NCBI GenBank assembly: GCA_965140935.1 | Contig: CBCSLL010001102.1 | Location: 25,393 to 44,266, forward strand | Origin: Rotaria magnacalcarata | Lineage: Eukaryota | Length of the DNA stretch: 18,874 bases | Reading direction: 5' to 3' | Part shown: one piece after another, positions 18,701-18,874 of the stretch | Numbering within the stretch: the stretch's first letter is position 1 | How the letters are laid out: each line of letters opens with the position of its first letter | Made by a program: the position numbers and the translations under genes | The notes under the pieces: model-generated | Databases searched by the model: none | What the model saw: only the letters and a program-made list of their open reading frames with translations | What the model was told of the DNA's origin: nothing

Positions 18701-18874
18701 TGGCTATGTACACTCAGGTGCACATAGCCATGTGGCTATATGCACTTGAGTACACATAGCCAGTTGGCTATATACACTTAGGTGTACATAGTCGCATGAC
18801 TATGTGCACTCAAGTACATATAGCCGACTGACTATGTACACCTAAGTGTGTATAGCCAACTGGCTATGTGCACT
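18701..18874. repeat. Tandem array of alternating inverted 13-mers (TGGCTATGTGCAC / GTGCACATAGCCA) with 2-4-nt spacers. It consists of about 5.5 hairpin units of ~31 bp, each internally palindromic, and runs off the window edge
   Basis: tggctatgtacac tcag gtgcacatagcca tg tggctatatgcac ttga gtacacatagcca gt tggctatatacac ttag gtgtacatagtcg catg actatgtgcac tcaa gtacatatagccg ac tgactatgtacac ctaa gtgtgtatagcca ac tggctatgtgcact. Confidence 0.85.

Noticed and set aside
18701-18874. CRISPR-like appearance of ~31-bp repeats
   Set aside because: This is a eukaryotic locus, and the units are contiguous inverted 13-mers with 2-4-nt spacers rather than repeats separated by unique spacers. It is a hairpin tandem repeat, not CRISPR.

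Overview
This is AT-rich eukaryotic (metazoan-type) genomic DNA, not prokaryotic. Genes are split by many short GT-AG introns of about 48-63 bp, so the long-ORF track shows only fragments of them. All three confident genes lie on the minus strand, and for each the exon chain I read sums to a multiple of 3. Gene 1 (12756-18197, 18 exons, about 1389 aa) is a full-length PARP4 / vault-PARP-type gene: BRCT, PARP helical plus catalytic domain with H-G-S, Y and NEY catalytic residues, VIT, vWA and a C-terminal tail. Gene 2 (3977-6926, 10 exons, 562 aa) is unusual. Its N-terminus is a Pro/Met/Ser-rich tandem repeat with Q/N/S-rich low complexity, and this is joined to an intact Hsp70 substrate-binding domain (beta-sandwich plus helical lid). 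I can find no Hsp70 ATPase domain anywhere in the locus. Gene 3 (8875-11110, 4 exons, 204 aa) is a small acidic protein. Its first three exons are tandem paralogous modules, each ending in a ribosomal P-stalk-tail-like acidic/aromatic motif, followed by a Lys-rich segment and a Gly9 tract. A diverged inverted copy of the module lies on the plus strand at 11599-11754. Non-coding structure: a 340-bp near-perfect palindrome (1340-1705); an 850-bp foldback / MITE-like element with 235-bp inverted arms (2394-3241); paired ATATAGGAA(A)TATA(T)GG motif clusters flanking a 1.1-kb AT-rich block (7081-7161 and 8222-8304); an array of alternating inverted 13-mers forming tandem hairpins at the window end (18701-18874); a G-rich short-repeat cluster at 1-118; and several microsatellites. 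Three start codons sit a few nucleotides downstream of a strong 3' acceptor-like site, which is compatible with spliced-leader trans-splicing. The taxon cannot be determined from sequence alone; a flatworm or another lophotrochozoan-like invertebrate is a loose guess based on vault PARP, AT richness and short introns.
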